A DNA stretch of 64,000 bases. Source: Rhina ancylostomus (Eukaryota). This document shows, one piece after another, positions 60,796-64,000 of this stretch (positions are counted from its first letter, which is position 1; each line of letters opens with the position of its first letter). A program made the translations under genes and the position numbers. The stretch covers positions 23,032,327 through 23,096,326 of the forward strand of contig JARFYF010000036.1 of the NCBI GenBank assembly GCA_030265395.1. The letters run 5' to 3'. The notes beneath the pieces were generated by a model that searched no databases, was not told the DNA's origin, and worked only from the letters and a program-made list of their open reading frames with translations.

Positions 60796-61639
60796 GTTCT
60801 TTAACCATTCCCTTTATTTTCCATCTGTAACAATTCACACACATCGTTACTAACAGGATAAACATCATTCTTAATTGTAATATAATCATCATCCAGGGAT
60901 ATATACTTCTATTCATTCCCCAATAGTAAATGTTATTCTACTAAGTCTTATTTTTCTGTTAGTAATGCCTTGTTGTACTTTTCTACTTTTCTACTGCAAG
61001 ATTAATATTATATCTGTACCCAATCGAACCCCAGGTTAGTTTGCATTAAATATTCTGGGAAGGGAAGTAGAGTAGGAAAATTGACCTACCCTAGATTCTC
61101 TTTCAAATTTTCCCCAATTTTAACAAACCATCTCTTCTCATTCATATATGTCCACCAACACCATTTGCCCAAATCTTGAAGGAAGTAACAGGGTAAAAAT
61201 ACAGCATTATTGTTGAGCGAACACTGCGTTCTTCCATAGAAGAATGAATTTCTGGAAGTAGTTACACATTATTTTCCCTGTCTGACATGTTTTGACCATT
61301 TTAATCTCATGATTGCAGACATAGCTTCCATAGCATGGTTAGTTGCCGCATTAAAACCACACAATGCTTCTTATGTGGCATAGATAGGGTGAGAACACAC
61401 TATAGCTGTTTTCCTCAAAATACACCCTGCTAGTGATGTTCCCCAGTAAATCCTTGAACCATATCCTGTATGGGAATGTTATGGTGCCTGACGTGATATC
61501 CTCACTAATTACCTCAATTTGTAAACTGTCCAGTTTGCCACTGAACTCCCTTTTTACAACACAAAAGAATCACATCCATGTAATTGTCCAGTGTATTCCT
61601 TATAAGGCTCAGCTTCCTTAGCCAATTAGTTCCTGTGTC

Positions 61640-61827
61640 ATGCACAGAGCTGAAGGAACTCAGCAGGTCAGGCAGCATCTATGGAGGGAAATGTACAGTC
61701 GATGCTTAGGGTCTTGACCTGAAACGTCAGCAGTATATTTCCCTCCATAGATGTTGCCTGACCCGTCGAATTCCTCCAGCTCGTTGTGTGTTGCTCCAGA
61801 TTCAATCATCTGCAGTTTCTTGTGTCA
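61640..61827. mobile_element. Fold-back (inverted) Penelope-type terminal repeat
   Basis: Arms 61647-61692 and 61737-61782 are near reverse complements. Confidence 0.8.
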
Positions 61828-62034
61828 CCAGTTTGCTACTTCACTGTAAAGTCTCTTCAAGGTATGCCCACTTTGAAGAAACTTGCCTCCCCTCTTCGAA
61901 GGGAGTTCTGTGAGACCCTCTCTCACTGCTCCCTCTCTGTGATTTCTGCTGCTCTCCTGCTCTTCAACCACACTCTCACCCAGACCTGCTACTACAGCCA
62001 TGCGTCCTTCTTGGGTACTTGTGTCCTCTGCCAG

Positions 62035-62166
62035 AATTCCAGATGAAGGGTCTCAACCACAAACTTGACTGTCTATTTCCCTCAATAGATGCTGCCTAAC
62101 CTGCATAGTTCCTCCATAGTTCTTTATGTGCGGCTCCACATTCCTGTATCTGCAGTCTCCTGTGTC
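62035..62166 (+). mobile_element. Penelope-type terminal repeat
   Basis: cagatgaagggtctcaacc...gactgtctatttccctcaatagatgctgcctaacctgc, homologous to 11498-11632. Confidence 0.7.
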
Positions 62167-63864
62167 ATTAGTTTTCACTGAAGAGTTGGTGAATTTAATC
62201 CCAGAAATGTTCCAATATCTCTCAATATATTGTGAGTTTGTTCTTTTCCCTTTACTTAACTAGAAACAAACCCCATTGTTGGTCAGGCAGGGATTTTGTC
62301 AAAAGTTTGTCCCAGCTTCCCAAATTAAAACACCATTCCCTGGTATGCAGAATAAAAGACCTGCAGGAAAGGGTTAACTCTTCTGCACATCAATATGTAG
62401 CACTTCAGGCAATGTGGTGTGAGTCTGATCATATAATAAACTAATTCCTCCACACTGTCTTTCATCTTTTAGAAACGTACACAAAATCTATCCTGAGGAC
62501 CCAAAATCAAATACAACATTTAAACCCATAACTAACATCCTTAATCAATCAAGTTCATGGTTTCTTCTTACCTAACAAAACCACGGTGTGCAAAGAGCTG
62601 ATCCTCAAAGCTAGCTCTCAGACTTGAAGTAACCAAATTAAATGCATGATTGAATTAAAACTAAACAGTGCCATTCATTCAAATTTAGATTGGATGAATC
62701 AAAAGCCAGTTCCTACTGGAACCAAATTAAGACACAATTTTTAGAAGCTCCATTGATTTAGAAATTGATTTCATAAATGAAGTTAATGGGGCATTCGTGG
62801 AGCTTCAAATTTTGACTTGAAGGCTCCATCTTAGGTCTCATTCCTGACGTCTCCATTCCATGGATGATCAGTTACTACCTCACCTCAGTCCTCAACTCTG
62901 CCAACCAAAATCTATTAAACTGTTATTTTTGGCATGTAACTTCAAATTTGCTAAGCCTCATGCAACACTTCAAAACTTATAGAATAGTCACATACTTCAA
63001 ACAGAATACGACTTACTCTCAAAAGCCAAACACAGGGCAGCATAAAATACAATTGCACGCAAAAAGCTTCAAAATTTAAAGGCTTTAACACAAGGGAATG
63101 CTGGAAGGCAACGATCATACAGACACACATTCATACATCCGCACATGACCCAAAACTCCAGCAGACTCGAATTTCATACAACGGTTAAAACATACAAATT
63201 CTGCAATTAAAACTTTAATTTTTAGTCTTTCATTCAAAATTCTGTCTTGACTTGGGTTACAAACTTAGAGAAATCAACAAAGCAATCAGACAAACTACAA
63301 AGGATTAATTGTTCCCAACTCTCTGCATAAGTGACTGATGCTGGATAAAATGCAGACACTTTTACATACTCTGCCACAAAGAGTTAACCCGGCAAACATT
63401 CAAACACACTTTTACATAAACTAGTATGAAATACTTCAATTGCTCAACCTCTCTTGTCTGACACGCACACATTAACAGGCATCCCTGATTAACATTTATC
63501 CTTGGATCTAAACTCACTTTCATTCTACCATAGTCATACTTCATAAGACCAAGTTCCATGAAACTTATTTGGTCATTTTCCCATATACGTGTAATTTGTC
63601 TGCAAGCTTTATTGGTTAGATCATCCCTCTATCTGTTCTTCTATTCTGGGATGGTTGGTTTTAACCCCTTGACAACTGATGCTAGTGCAACCAGATAGAA
63701 GAGGACTGGTCAACAACAGGATACAGCAAGGGGAAGAATCCTGCACCAGGGTCGCTTAGAAGATGAGCCTTTGAGGTTTCGAGAAGAAGATTGCATTTTT
63801 GCCTTTAATCCCCAACAATCATTTTCCCGACTATCATTTTCCCTCTCCTCTGATCTGAACTTAT

Positions 63865-64000
63865 CTCAAGTTCAAGTTCAAGTTGAGTTTATTGACGTGT
63901 ACACAAGTATGGTGAGGTACATACAATGAAAAACATGCTTGCAGCAGCCTCACAGGCACCTAGGTACAGACAACACACAGAATATAAATTATACATTAAT
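63865..64000 (-). mobile_element. Rex1-like LINE 3' tail, (TCAAGT)n
   Basis: tcaagttcaagttcaagttgagtttattg...caatgaaaaacatgcttgcagcagc, reverse-complement similar to 23660-23740. Confidence 0.7.

Noticed and set aside
1-64000. CRISPR arrays, operons or prokaryotic defence systems
   Set aside because: The sequence is vertebrate intron/exon DNA; no regularly spaced repeat-spacer array or dense ORF packing was seen.

Overview
Vertebrate genomic DNA: AT-rich, CpG-depleted, intron/exon structured, with many N gaps. The repeat content (CR1-like and Rex1-like LINEs, V-domain and Deu-domain SINEs, Penelope-like elements) suggests a cartilaginous fish (shark or ray). The main feature is a + strand multi-exon zinc-finger gene of the ZNF512B/ZNF512 family. 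I reconstructed 14 coding exons by hand between 5868 and the stop at 42472 (about 630 codons; all introns GT-AG; no start codon found). Phases are compatible throughout except that a 10-N gap inside one exon shifts the frame as assembled. The protein has the internal NuRD-interaction-type motif [12 protein letters not shown], one lone C2H2 finger, three atypical+typical finger pairs and a C-terminal AT-hook-like RGRKP. A repeat-poor stretch to about 50.3 kb may be a long 3' UTR. The rest is mostly decayed transposable elements, and almost all ORF-track entries are spurious or TE fragments. Points worth a second look: no exon found for the first atypical finger, mixed ZNF512/ZNF512B character, hammerhead-ribozyme-like cores in Penelope-type repeats, a diverged ~215 bp duplication flanking one exon, SINE tail swapping, and gaps with duplicated flanks. 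I see no convincing wholly new biological system. All homology calls come from recalled sequences, not database searches.
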